Positions 35,595-43,454 of a stretch of 53,725 nt of DNA are shown in pieces; position 1 is the first letter of the stretch; the number at the start of each line of letters is the position of its first letter. The DNA comes from an uncultured Verrucomicrobia subdivision 3 bacterium (lineage in GTDB: Bacteria > Verrucomicrobiota > Verrucomicrobiia > Limisphaerales > UBA11358), in contig CAILDU010000143.1 of NCBI GenBank assembly GCA_903833055.1, forward strand, positions 1 to 53,725, read 5' to 3'. Made by a program: the position numbers and the translations under genes. Under the pieces are notes generated by a model, which worked only from the letters and a program-made list of their open reading frames with translations, was not told where the DNA came from and did no database searches.

Positions 35595-36604
35595 TAGGAC
35601 TTGGGCGGCGCGGTGCTTTTGCGTTCCACAAATTCGGCGGCGAGGCGTTTCAACTGGATTTTTTCGCCGCGAATCAGCTTCATCATTGTTTCCATCGCCG
35701 TTACGCCGAGCCGGTATTTCGGCTGGCTGACGGTGGTGAGTGGCACGCGATAATGTTCCGCCGTCAAAATATTGCCAAAGCCGACGATGGAAATGTCGCC
35801 GGGAATTTTGATGCCCTGTTGCAATAAAGTTTCCGCGCAGCCGATGGCCACAAGGTCGCTCACGGCCATGATGGCGGTCGGCTCGACGCCTTCGTTGAGC
35901 ATCTGCAACGCGGCTTTCGTGCCGTCTTCAATGGTGTTGCCGGATTGAAAAACCAGTTTGTCGTCCACCTCGATGTTCGCTTCGCGCAGCGCGCGGCGGA
36001 AACCCTCGAAGCGTTCGTGCGCCCACGGCGCGGCGGGCGGGCCGGTGAGATAGGCAATTTTTTTATGGCCGAGCGCGATGAGATGTTTCGTGGCGTTGTA
36101 GCTGGCGACGAGTTCCTCGATTTCGATGGCGGGAAAATTTTTACAAAACGGCGCGGGCGAACCGAGCAAAATGGTCGGCGTATTGCGTGCAATAATTTCC
36201 TGATAAATCCGCGCTTCGGCTTCGAAGCGATAAACGGGAACAATAAAAAGTCCATCCACGCGGCGCGAAAGCAGTCGGCGCAGGCAGGCGTCCTCGCGTT
36301 CGGGTTTGTTGTAAGTGTGGCAGAGCAGTAGGTCGTAACCGAGTTCGTGGGCGCGTTCCTCGATGGCAAAAACGATGCGCGCGTAAATGGGATTCGTCGT
36401 GGACGGAATGACGAGGCCAAACAGTTTGGTGGTCTTGGTGCGGAGACCTTGCGCGCTGGAATCGGGAACGTAACCCATGTCCGCCGCGAGTTTTTTGATC
36501 TTGGCTTTGGTGGCGGCGGAGACATCCGGCTCGTCGCGCAAGGCTTTCGAGACGGTCATCACGGAGACGCCGACGATTTGGGCAATGTCTTTTAAGCGAA
36601 CCAT
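35594..36604 (-). CDS. LacI-family transcriptional regulator
   Basis: N-terminal HTH MVRLKDIAQIVGVSVMTVSKALR followed by a periplasmic-binding-protein-like sugar-binding domain. Confidence 0.9.
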   Translation of the reverse strand: MVRLKDIAQIVGVSVMTVSKALRDEPDVSAATKAKIKKLAADMGYVPDSSAQGLRTKTTKLFGLVIPSTTNPIYARIVFAIEERAHELGYDLLLCHTYNKPEREDACLRRLLSRRVDGLFIVPVYRFEAEARIYQEIIARNTPTILLGSPAPFCKNFPAIEIEELVASYNATKHLIALGHKKIAYLTGPPAAPWAHERFEGFRRALREANIEVDDKLVFQSGNTIEDGTKAALQMLNEGVEPTAIMAVSDLVAIGCAETLLQQGIKIPGDISIVGFGNILTAEHYRVPLTTVSQPKYRLGVTAMETMMKLIRGEKIQLKRLAAEFVERKSTAPPKS

Positions 36605-36610
36605 TTTTCT

Positions 36611-37495
36611 TTAGAGATAAGTTCCGCGCCAGTGAAGTTTGCGTCGCAGCGCTTCGAGAAATGAACTGTTCGCCAGACGCAAAAGTCGAACGGAATGGCG
36701 GCTGCGGCGAATGGTGATTTCGTCGTTCGCCGCAAGTTCGCCGACGATTTGGCCGTCAGCATTGAGGAACGCGGCGGGCACGGTGTTGATCGCTTTCACG
36801 CGAACCGTCGCGGACAGCGGCAAAATAATGGAGCGATTTGAAAGCGCGTGCGGGCAAATCGGCGTGAGCGCGAAGACTTCTGCGGTCGGCAAAACCACCG
36901 CGCCGCCCGCTGCGAGCGAATAGGCCGTCGAGCCGGTCGGCGAACTGACAATCAAACCGTCGCAGCGATAGCGCGTGACGAGATCGCCATTCACGGTCAC
37001 GTCGAGCGCGAGCAAACGCGACACCGCACCGCGCGTGACCACGATGTCGTTGAGCGCAGTCGCCGTAAGTTTTTTCCCGTGGCAGACGCCGGTGGCTTCG
37101 ATGAGCGCGCGGGATTCAAATTTGAATTCACCCGCCCAGACCAGTTTCAGTGCATCGGCAAGTTTGTCCGACGGAACCGCCGTGAGAAAACCGAGGCTGC
37201 CGATGTTGACACCGAGCATGGGTGTTTCCGAACTGGCAATCTGCCGCGCGGTGTGGAGCATCGTGCCGTCGCCGCCGAAAACGAGGATCAAATCAACTTC
37301 GCGCGCGAGCGCAGCGGCGTTGGGCGCGGTCGGGCATTTTAATTTCGCAAGTTGCGCGGTGATTTCGTCGCAGACAATTTTCCGACCGGTGCGCTGGATG
37401 AGACGCACGGCGGCGCGGACGCTGGCGGCGCAGGCGGATTTTTCCGCGTTGCCGACGAGGCCGATGCGTTGGAAATGGTCAGCGGACTTTTTCAA
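36611..37495 (-). CDS. nadK: NAD(+) kinase
   Basis: GGDGTML motif and 294 aa. Confidence 0.9.
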   Translation of the reverse strand: MKKSADHFQRIGLVGNAEKSACAASVRAAVRLIQRTGRKIVCDEITAQLAKLKCPTAPNAAALAREVDLILVFGGDGTMLHTARQIASSETPMLGVNIGSLGFLTAVPSDKLADALKLVWAGEFKFESRALIEATGVCHGKKLTATALNDIVVTRGAVSRLLALDVTVNGDLVTRYRCDGLIVSSPTGSTAYSLAAGGAVVLPTAEVFALTPICPHALSNRSIILPLSATVRVKAINTVPAAFLNADGQIVGELAANDEITIRRSRHSVRLLRLANSSFLEALRRKLHWRGTYL

Positions 37496-38213
37496 TCAGT
37501 GCCAGAAATTCTTTGTTGCCGGCCGGGCCGAGCAGGGGAGATTCAACCACACCGCGCCAGCAAAGGCCAGCCTGCGCGGATACAAATTCTTGCAGCTCCG
37601 CCAGCACGCGGTCATGAATGGCGGAATCAGTAATGACGCCGCGACCTTTATCGGCCTCGGCTTTGCCCGCTTCAAACTGCGGCTTAATTAAAGCGACAAT
37701 TCTTCCATCCGCTTTGATTAGCGGAATGGCAGGCGGCAAAATTTTCTTGAGCGAAATGAAGGAGCAATCCACGACGATTAAATCAGCGGGCGAAGGAAAA
37801 TTTTCCGGCTTGAGAAAACGCGCGTTGGTTTTTTCCATGACGACGACGCGTGGGTCGCTTCGCAATTTCCACGCGAGCTGGCCTTGACCGACGTCTACGG
37901 CAAAAACCTTGGCCGCGCCGCGCTGCAACAAGCAATCCGTGAAGCCGCCGGTGGACGCGCCCAAATCAATGACGACGAGCTTTTCCACGTTCAATTGAAA
38001 ATGTTCCAGTGCGTGTTCGAGTTTGTGGCCGCCGCGCGAAACGAATTTTTCCGGCGTGTCCACGGTGATTTCATCGGCGGGTTTTACGGAGTCGCTGGCT
38101 TTTTTGGCGGGATGGCCGTTGACGCGGATTTGCCCAGCAATAATCAGGCGTTTGGCGCGTTCGCGGCTGTCGCAAAGGGCACGCTCGACGAGCGCTTGAT
38201 CCAGTCGCGTCAC
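37479..38213 (-). CDS. tlyA: TlyA-family rRNA 2'-O-methyltransferase
   Basis: S4 domain (RLDQALVERAL...) plus FtsJ fold (DLGASTGGFTD). I propose a GTG start at 38213, 2 nt after the upstream stop. The track's 380-aa version is an N-terminal over-extension. Confidence 0.8.
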   Translation of the reverse strand: MTRLDQALVERALCDSRERAKRLIIAGQIRVNGHPAKKASDSVKPADEITVDTPEKFVSRGGHKLEHALEHFQLNVEKLVVIDLGASTGGFTDCLLQRGAAKVFAVDVGQGQLAWKLRSDPRVVVMEKTNARFLKPENFPSPADLIVVDCSFISLKKILPPAIPLIKADGRIVALIKPQFEAGKAEADKGRGVITDSAIHDRVLAELQEFVSAQAGLCWRGVVESPLLGPAGNKEFLALIEKVR

Positions 38214-38215
38214 AC

Positions 38216-38689
38216 TCAAAACCGGGTGCCGCTGGCGAAGACGCGGTTTTGGATTTCGCGGAAGCTGTGGAGAAAAGTGTCGTTGTCGGCGACGGCTTTT
38301 TCGACGAGCTGTTTCATCAGGAACATTTCGGAACTGTTGATGACGGCGTGGACGCTGTTCTTGAACGCTTCCATCGGCGTGAACGTCTGGAAGGAATTGC
38401 CGACGAGCAAAACGGTCGCGTGACGGCGCTGATTGACGGGCATATTTTGCAGTGCTTTGAGCGTGAGATTTTCGTCGGGTGTGTTCGCGCCAAAAAGTTC
38501 TTCGACGATGACAACCTGATAACGCGCTTGAGAAAAACGAATCAAAAAATCGCTGTGCGTCGCGGCGGTGTGAACTTTGTAGCCGAGTTCGTTCAGCGCG
38601 GACTTGCAGGTGTCCAGCCATTCCGGCGTGGAAAAGGCAATCAACGCGGGCTTGTCCTCGCTGCCGACAAAATCAAAAGTTCCGTTCAT
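38216..38689 (-). CDS. hypothetical protein (receiver-like alpha/beta fold?) coupled to pilT paralogs
   Basis: 157 aa with an ATGA overlap to the upstream pilT-like gene. No recognisable catalytic motif. Confidence 0.5.
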   Translation of the reverse strand: MNGTFDFVGSEDKPALIAFSTPEWLDTCKSALNELGYKVHTAATHSDFLIRFSQARYQVVIVEELFGANTPDENLTLKALQNMPVNQRRHATVLLVGNSFQTFTPMEAFKNSVHAVINSSEMFLMKQLVEKAVADNDTFLHSFREIQNRVFASGTRF

Positions 38690-39891
38690 CGTATTTTCAA
38701 AACAGGTGGTGCGGGCGTGCCGTCGCCGCCAGCAGCGCCCTTGAGATTTTTCATGCGGAGCGTATTGGCGCTGGCGCTCATTTCACCACGCGCCTTCTTG
38801 ATATTGTCAATGCCGCGCGAAACGACGCTGCGCTTGGTGCAATAGAGCAGGGCGGTTTCCTCGGTAATGATCCCCTCTTCGTAGGCGTCGAGACAGGCGT
38901 TGTCAAACGTGCGCCAGCCGAAGGGATAATTTGCCTCGATGATTTCGTAAAAAGTTTTGCCCTCGCTTTCACCGAGCCGGATGGTTTCCTGCGTGCGCAA
39001 ATTAGTCCCCATCAATTCAATCAAGGCGTAGCGCCCGCCGCCAATCTTGGGCGCGAGCCGCTGGCTGGCGACCCAGCGAAGCGAATCAGAAAGCCGCGTC
39101 CGCACCTGCTCCTGTTCGTCCGGTTCAAACATGCCGAGGATGCGGTTGATGGTTTCGCCGGCGTTAATCGTGTGCAGCGTGCTCAAAACCAAATGGCCGG
39201 TTTCCGCCGCGCTCAAGGCGATTTTCACCGTGTCGCGGTCGCGCATTTCGCCGACGAGAATCACTTTTGGCGCCTGCCGCAACGCTGCGCGCAGACCGTT
39301 CGCATAAGTATCGAAATCAAGGCCAAGCTCGCGTTGGTTGAACGTCGCCATCTGGTGCTTGTGCAGATATTCAACCGGGTCTTCGAGCGTAACGATGTGA
39401 ACGGGTTTAGTGCGATTAATTTCGTCGAGAATGGCCGCCAGCGTGGTGGATTTGCCGGAACCGGTTGCGCCGGTGATTAGCACGAGACCGGTTTTTTCCT
39501 TGGGAATTTCTGTGAATATTTCTGGAAACTTCAACTGTTGCAACGTCGGCACCGACGCGTTCAACTGGCGGCAAACAATGGAAAAACTGCCGCGCTGCGA
39601 AAAAATATTTACACGAAAACGCGCCTGATCGGACAACGAATACGACGCATCGCACGAGCCGTGCCGCAATAAATCCTCGATGTGCCAGAGGTTGTCACCG
39701 ATGATGTTCATCACAATCGTTTCAATCTGAAACGGCGTGAGCTTGCCGATGGGCGGGTCAAAAATTACCGGTTTAAGTTCGCCGTAAGCTTCCACTTGCG
39801 GCGGGCGATCCACGGTGAATAGTAAATCAGAAACTTCCGGCTGCGAAGCCAGCATCGTCGTCAAAAGTTGGTCTAGCTCCGGGCGACGCAT
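38686..39891 (-). CDS. PilT/PilU-family type IV pilus retraction ATPase
   Basis: GATGSGKST Walker A, GEMRD box, and a C-terminal Gly/Pro-rich extension. Confidence 0.85.
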   Translation of the reverse strand: MRRPELDQLLTTMLASQPEVSDLLFTVDRPPQVEAYGELKPVIFDPPIGKLTPFQIETIVMNIIGDNLWHIEDLLRHGSCDASYSLSDQARFRVNIFSQRGSFSIVCRQLNASVPTLQQLKFPEIFTEIPKEKTGLVLITGATGSGKSTTLAAILDEINRTKPVHIVTLEDPVEYLHKHQMATFNQRELGLDFDTYANGLRAALRQAPKVILVGEMRDRDTVKIALSAAETGHLVLSTLHTINAGETINRILGMFEPDEQEQVRTRLSDSLRWVASQRLAPKIGGGRYALIELMGTNLRTQETIRLGESEGKTFYEIIEANYPFGWRTFDNACLDAYEEGIITEETALLYCTKRSVVSRGIDNIKKARGEMSASANTLRMKNLKGAAGGDGTPAPPVLKIR

Positions 39892-39897
39892 AAAAAA

Positions 39898-41019
39898 TTA
39901 CATCGTGTCGTCGTCTTCCGGCGGATGCGCGAGCAGTGCGCGGAATTTTTTCTTGTCGAGCGCCTTGTCGTAGGCGTCTTCCGGCGTGATGCGTTTCATG
40001 CGGACGTGTTCCATGATGTGATCGTCCAACTGCTGGTTGCCAAATTTCTTGCCGACCTGAATCATGCCTTGGATTTGATGCGTCTTGCCTTCGCGCACAA
40101 GGTTCGCAACCGCCGTGTTGAAAACGAGAACTTCAAATGCCGCCACGCGACCTTTTTTATCCGAGCGTTTGAACAACGTCTGCGCCACGACACCTTTCAA
40201 TGCTTCGGAAAGCGTCTGGCGAATCTTGTTTTGTTGGTCAGCCGGAAAAACGTCGATGATACGATCCACCGTCTTGGCCGCGCTCTGCGTGTGCAACGTG
40301 CCGAAAACCAAGTGCCCGGTCGCCGCCGCCGTAATCGCGAGTTCAATCGTTTCCAAATCACGCATTTCGCCGACGAGAATGATGTCCGGGTCTTCGCGCA
40401 ACGCACCGCGCAAACCGGACGCGAACGACTTCGTGTGCACGCCGACTTCGCGATGGTTCACGAGACAGTTTTTGCTTTCGTGAACGAACTCAATCGGGTC
40501 TTCCAGCGTGATGATGTGATCTTTGCGATTGCGATTGCAGTAGTCCACCACCGCCGCAAGCGTCGTGGATTTACCGGAACCCGTTGGCCCGGTTACAACG
40601 ACAAGTCCGCGATGGAGCATCGCAAATTTTTTGAAAACGGCAGGCAACGGCGCTTCCAATTTTTCAAAATCTTCAAACGACAATACGCGGCTTGGAATCT
40701 GGCGGAACACCGCGCTCACGCCGTTTTTCTGGTTGAAGAAATTTACACGGAAGCGCGAGATGTTTGGAATTTCGTAGCCGAAGTCCACATCACCAGTTTC
40801 CTCGAACTGTTTGATTTTGTAATCCGGCGCGATTTCGTAGAGCATCGCCTTGAGCACGTCGTTTTCGAGCGGCGGATAATCCACGCGCTGGAGTTCGCCG
40901 TGGATTCGCATCATGGGCGGATTGCCGGAAGCCATGTGAAGGTCAGAAGCCTTCTGCTCAAACATCAGGTTGAAAAATGCGTCAATTTTAGCCATAAGTC
41001 CTCTCTCGTGAAACGACAC
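39898..41019 (-). CDS. pilT: type IV pilus twitching motility ATPase
   Basis: ASDLH...GPTGSGKST, GEMRDLETI and AHLVFGTLHT-like motifs. An alternative start is at 40995. Confidence 0.9.
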   Translation of the reverse strand: MSFHERGLMAKIDAFFNLMFEQKASDLHMASGNPPMMRIHGELQRVDYPPLENDVLKAMLYEIAPDYKIKQFEETGDVDFGYEIPNISRFRVNFFNQKNGVSAVFRQIPSRVLSFEDFEKLEAPLPAVFKKFAMLHRGLVVVTGPTGSGKSTTLAAVVDYCNRNRKDHIITLEDPIEFVHESKNCLVNHREVGVHTKSFASGLRGALREDPDIILVGEMRDLETIELAITAAATGHLVFGTLHTQSAAKTVDRIIDVFPADQQNKIRQTLSEALKGVVAQTLFKRSDKKGRVAAFEVLVFNTAVANLVREGKTHQIQGMIQVGKKFGNQQLDDHIMEHVRMKRITPEDAYDKALDKKKFRALLAHPPEDDDTM

Positions 41020-41047
41020 TAACTAAAGCCATGCAGCACTGCAAGCA

Positions 41048-42145
41048 ATGAAAATGCCGACCGCCGCCATCCGCGAAGAAATTCTGCAAAGCGGTGCAAT
41101 TCCCTTTGCGCGCTTCATGGAACTGGCGCTTTACTGTCCTGAAACCGGCTATTACGAGACACAAAAAAATACAGTCGGACGCGCGGGCGACTTCATTACC
41201 AGCGTCAGTGTGGGAAGTTTATTTGGTGAATTGCTCGCGTTCCAGTTCGCGGAATGGCTGGAGGAATTGCGAATTGCGAATTGCAAATTGCGAATTGTAG
41301 AAGCCGGCGCGCATGATGGCAAACTTGCCGCCGACATTTTGAACTGGCTGAAAATACATCGCCCAAAACTTTTTTCCGAAATCAAATACGTCATCATCGA
41401 ACCGTCTTTGCGCCGGCAAGAATGGCAGCGGAACACGCTTAAATCTTTTACAAACGTCCGCTGGCATTCCAGTTTTGAAAACTTAAAATTAAAAATTCAA
41501 AACTCAAAACTGCACGGAGTGCTTTTCAGCAACGAATTGCTCGACGCCTTTCCCGTCCGCCGTCTCGGCTGGGACTCGAAAGCAAAAAGCTGGTTCGAGT
41601 GGGGCGTCACGCTGGACGGTAAAAAATTCAGTTGGACAAAAATTTCGCCGACGGATTTGCCATCTGCCATCTGCCATCTGCCATCTGCTCTTTTGTCCGT
41701 CTTGCCCGACAATTACACCATCGAAATTTCCCCTGCCGCTGAAAATTGGTGGCGCGAGGCCGCTGGAATTTTGACGCACGGCAAACTGCTGGCGATTGAT
41801 TACGGCTTTAATTCGGACGAACAATTTTTGCCCGCGCGACTTAAAGGAACACTACGCGCCTATTATCGCCATCAAGTCTCTGATGATTTGCTGGCGAACG
41901 TCGGCGAACAGGATTTGACCGCGCACGTCAATTTCTCCGCCATTCAAAAAGTTGGCGAGGAAGTTGGTTTGAAAACGGAAAAATATTGCACGCAGCCGCA
42001 ATTTTTGACGCGCATTTTGCAAAAAGCCGTGGCGGAAAAAACCTTTGCCAGCTTGGACGCAAAGCAGATTCGCCAGTTTCAAACATTGACGCATCCCGAA
42101 CATCTTGGCCGTGCGTTTCGTGTGCTGGTGCAGTCGCGCGCGTGA
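41048..42145 (+). CDS. class I SAM-dependent methyltransferase, MidA/NDUFAF7 (DUF185) family
   Basis: YYE...GDFITS, VE.GAG.G and SNELLDAFPV motifs. It contains three in-frame heptamer arrays. Confidence 0.8.
   Translation: MKMPTAAIREEILQSGAIPFARFMELALYCPETGYYETQKNTVGRAGDFITSVSVGSLFGELLAFQFAEWLEELRIANCKLRIVEAGAHDGKLAADILNWLKIHRPKLFSEIKYVIIEPSLRRQEWQRNTLKSFTNVRWHSSFENLKLKIQNSKLHGVLFSNELLDAFPVRRLGWDSKAKSWFEWGVTLDGKKFSWTKISPTDLPSAICHLPSALLSVLPDNYTIEISPAAENWWREAAGILTHGKLLAIDYGFNSDEQFLPARLKGTLRAYYRHQVSDDLLANVGEQDLTAHVNFSAIQKVGEEVGLKTEKYCTQPQFLTRILQKAVAEKTFASLDAKQIRQFQTLTHPEHLGRAFRVLVQSRA
41264..41296. repeat. heptamer array GAATT GCGAATT GCGAATT GCAAATT GCGAATT inside the MidA-like CDS
   Basis: Read directly. 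Translated as ELRIANCKLRI. It uses the same unit as the array at 12474-12508. Confidence 0.85.
41476..41510. repeat. heptamer array GAAAACT TAAAATT AAAAATT CAAAACT CAAAACT inside the MidA-like CDS
   Basis: Read directly. Translated as ENLKLKIQNSKL. Confidence 0.75.
41659..41688. repeat. heptamer array (GCCATCT)x4 + GC inside the MidA-like CDS
   Basis: Read directly. Translated as LPSAICHLPSAL. The complement GGCAGATGG also occurs in the cysN-side flank of the four-helix-bundle gene (6476-6484). Confidence 0.85.
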
Positions 42146-42160
42146 TGTTACGATTTATTT

Positions 42161-42574
42161 ATGGGCGCATTTTCCGTCAGCATCGAAAAAGAAAACCAGC
42201 TCGCGCAGCGCATGGCCGCGCTGGGTGTGCGCGAGGCGGAGATCGAAGAAAGTTTTGTCCGCTCCGGCGGTCACGGCGGCCAGAATGTGAACAAGGTTTC
42301 CACCTGCGTCATGCTCATTCATCGTCCGACCGGCGTGCAGGTGAAATGTCAGGAGACGCGCCAGCAGGGACTCAATCGTTTCATCGCGCGTCGGTTGTTG
42401 CTCGATAAAATTGAGGAACGGAAGAATGGTTTTGTCGCCGCCCAACGCGCGGAGATTGAAAAAATCCGTCGGCAGAAGCGCAAGCGTTCGCGGCGCGCCA
42501 AAAATAAAATGCTCGCGGACAAGTCCCATCACGCCGGTAAAAAAGCCGCGCGTCGTTCGGTCGCGCCGGAGTAA
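42161..42574 (+). CDS. arfB: alternative ribosome-rescue factor / peptidyl-tRNA hydrolase
   Basis: SGGHGGQNVNKVST GGQ motif, a basic C-terminal tail and 137 aa. Confidence 0.85.
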   Translation: MGAFSVSIEKENQLAQRMAALGVREAEIEESFVRSGGHGGQNVNKVSTCVMLIHRPTGVQVKCQETRQQGLNRFIARRLLLDKIEERKNGFVAAQRAEIEKIRRQKRKRSRRAKNKMLADKSHHAGKKAARRSVAPE

Positions 42575-42630
42575 AGATAATCGGAGATATGTTGCCAGTT
42601 AAGTCTGGCCGTCTGTTACGTTGGCGTTCT

Positions 42631-42861
42631 ATGAACATCATGATCGAGAACGCCGACAGCCTCGAATACCTCACCGGCGATAATCACTGGACGAAAATTC
42701 CTGCCGACGGCAAACATTTCCCCCGCACCGGCGCAGCGTTTGACGTGGCGAAAAAAGAGGCGATTGGCAAGTTCAACATCGTCGGCTACGTCACGGAAAC
42801 GCGGCAGTTCATTAATCTGAATCACGGTCGCGGTCGTGGCGTGGCGGATGCGGCGGCTTGA
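42631..42861 (+). CDS. hypothetical protein
   Basis: ORF with plausible codon usage and no recognised motif. The start is chosen at MNIMIE. Confidence 0.35.
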   Translation: MNIMIENADSLEYLTGDNHWTKIPADGKHFPRTGAAFDVAKKEAIGKFNIVGYVTETRQFINLNHGRGRGVADAAA

Positions 42862-42947
42862 AGTTGTTGCTGCCGTTTAAAATCAAGCTGGACACGCAGT
42901 TTGATTATGCTTTGATTTAGTATTCCTTAATCAGACCAGAAACCGTT

Positions 42948-43103
42948 ATGCCGATGAATTTTTTAGGCAAGGTGCTATTTCCGCGCCTCGCTCCGTGGCA
43001 GCGCAAACGACAGGCCAAAATTATCTTGCTGGTCACTTTGACCGCCGTGATTTTTGCGGTGACCATCGCCGCCATCATGCTGTTCCAGAATTCCCGAAGG
43101 TAA
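42948..43103 (+). CDS. possible small membrane protein (51 aa), below the ORF-track cutoff
   Basis: A single TM helix (IILLVTLTAVIFAVTIAAIML) is bracketed by basic residues. It competes with the antisense track ORF 42917-43147. Confidence 0.3.
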   Translation: MPMNFLGKVLFPRLAPWQRKRQAKIILLVTLTAVIFAVTIAAIMLFQNSRR

Positions 43104-43143
43104 GTGCCGCGTTGTCGGCGCTTCGTAATTTCGTCCGTCAGTT

Positions 43144-43446
43144 TCAAACCAACGCTTCTTGTTCCTCGACGGCGGATTTTTTCAATTCATCCAGCGCGCG
43201 AAAACGGCTCGCCGCAAAACCGGCTTCTACGCCGATATTATTTGTGGGATTGTAAATGCTGACGAGCAAGATGGATTGCTCCAACACGCGGCGATGATCC
43301 ATGATGAGTTCGTCCGCGCGCACGCCCACGCGCACGGCGCGGACGACATAGACCGTTTCAAGAACCGGCAATTGCAGGTAAAGCTGCTTGACCGTTTCCG
43401 GCCATTTGTCATCCACCAAAACCACTTTTTGTCCGACGCTGAACAT
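43144..43446 (-). CDS. hypothetical protein
   Basis: 100-aa ORF directly downstream of the fusion ORF on the same strand. No motif recognised. Confidence 0.4.
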   Translation of the reverse strand: MFSVGQKVVLVDDKWPETVKQLYLQLPVLETVYVVRAVRVGVRADELIMDHRRVLEQSILLVSIYNPTNNIGVEAGFAASRFRALDELKKSAVEEQEALV

Positions 43447-43454
43447 GATGCTTA

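Noticed and set aside
38214-38621. N-terminal extension of the tlyA ORF (track call 37479-38621)
   Set aside because: The extension is Arg/His/Gln-rich nonsense and overlaps the well-formed 157-aa ORF. The S4 domain begins right at the GTG at 38213.
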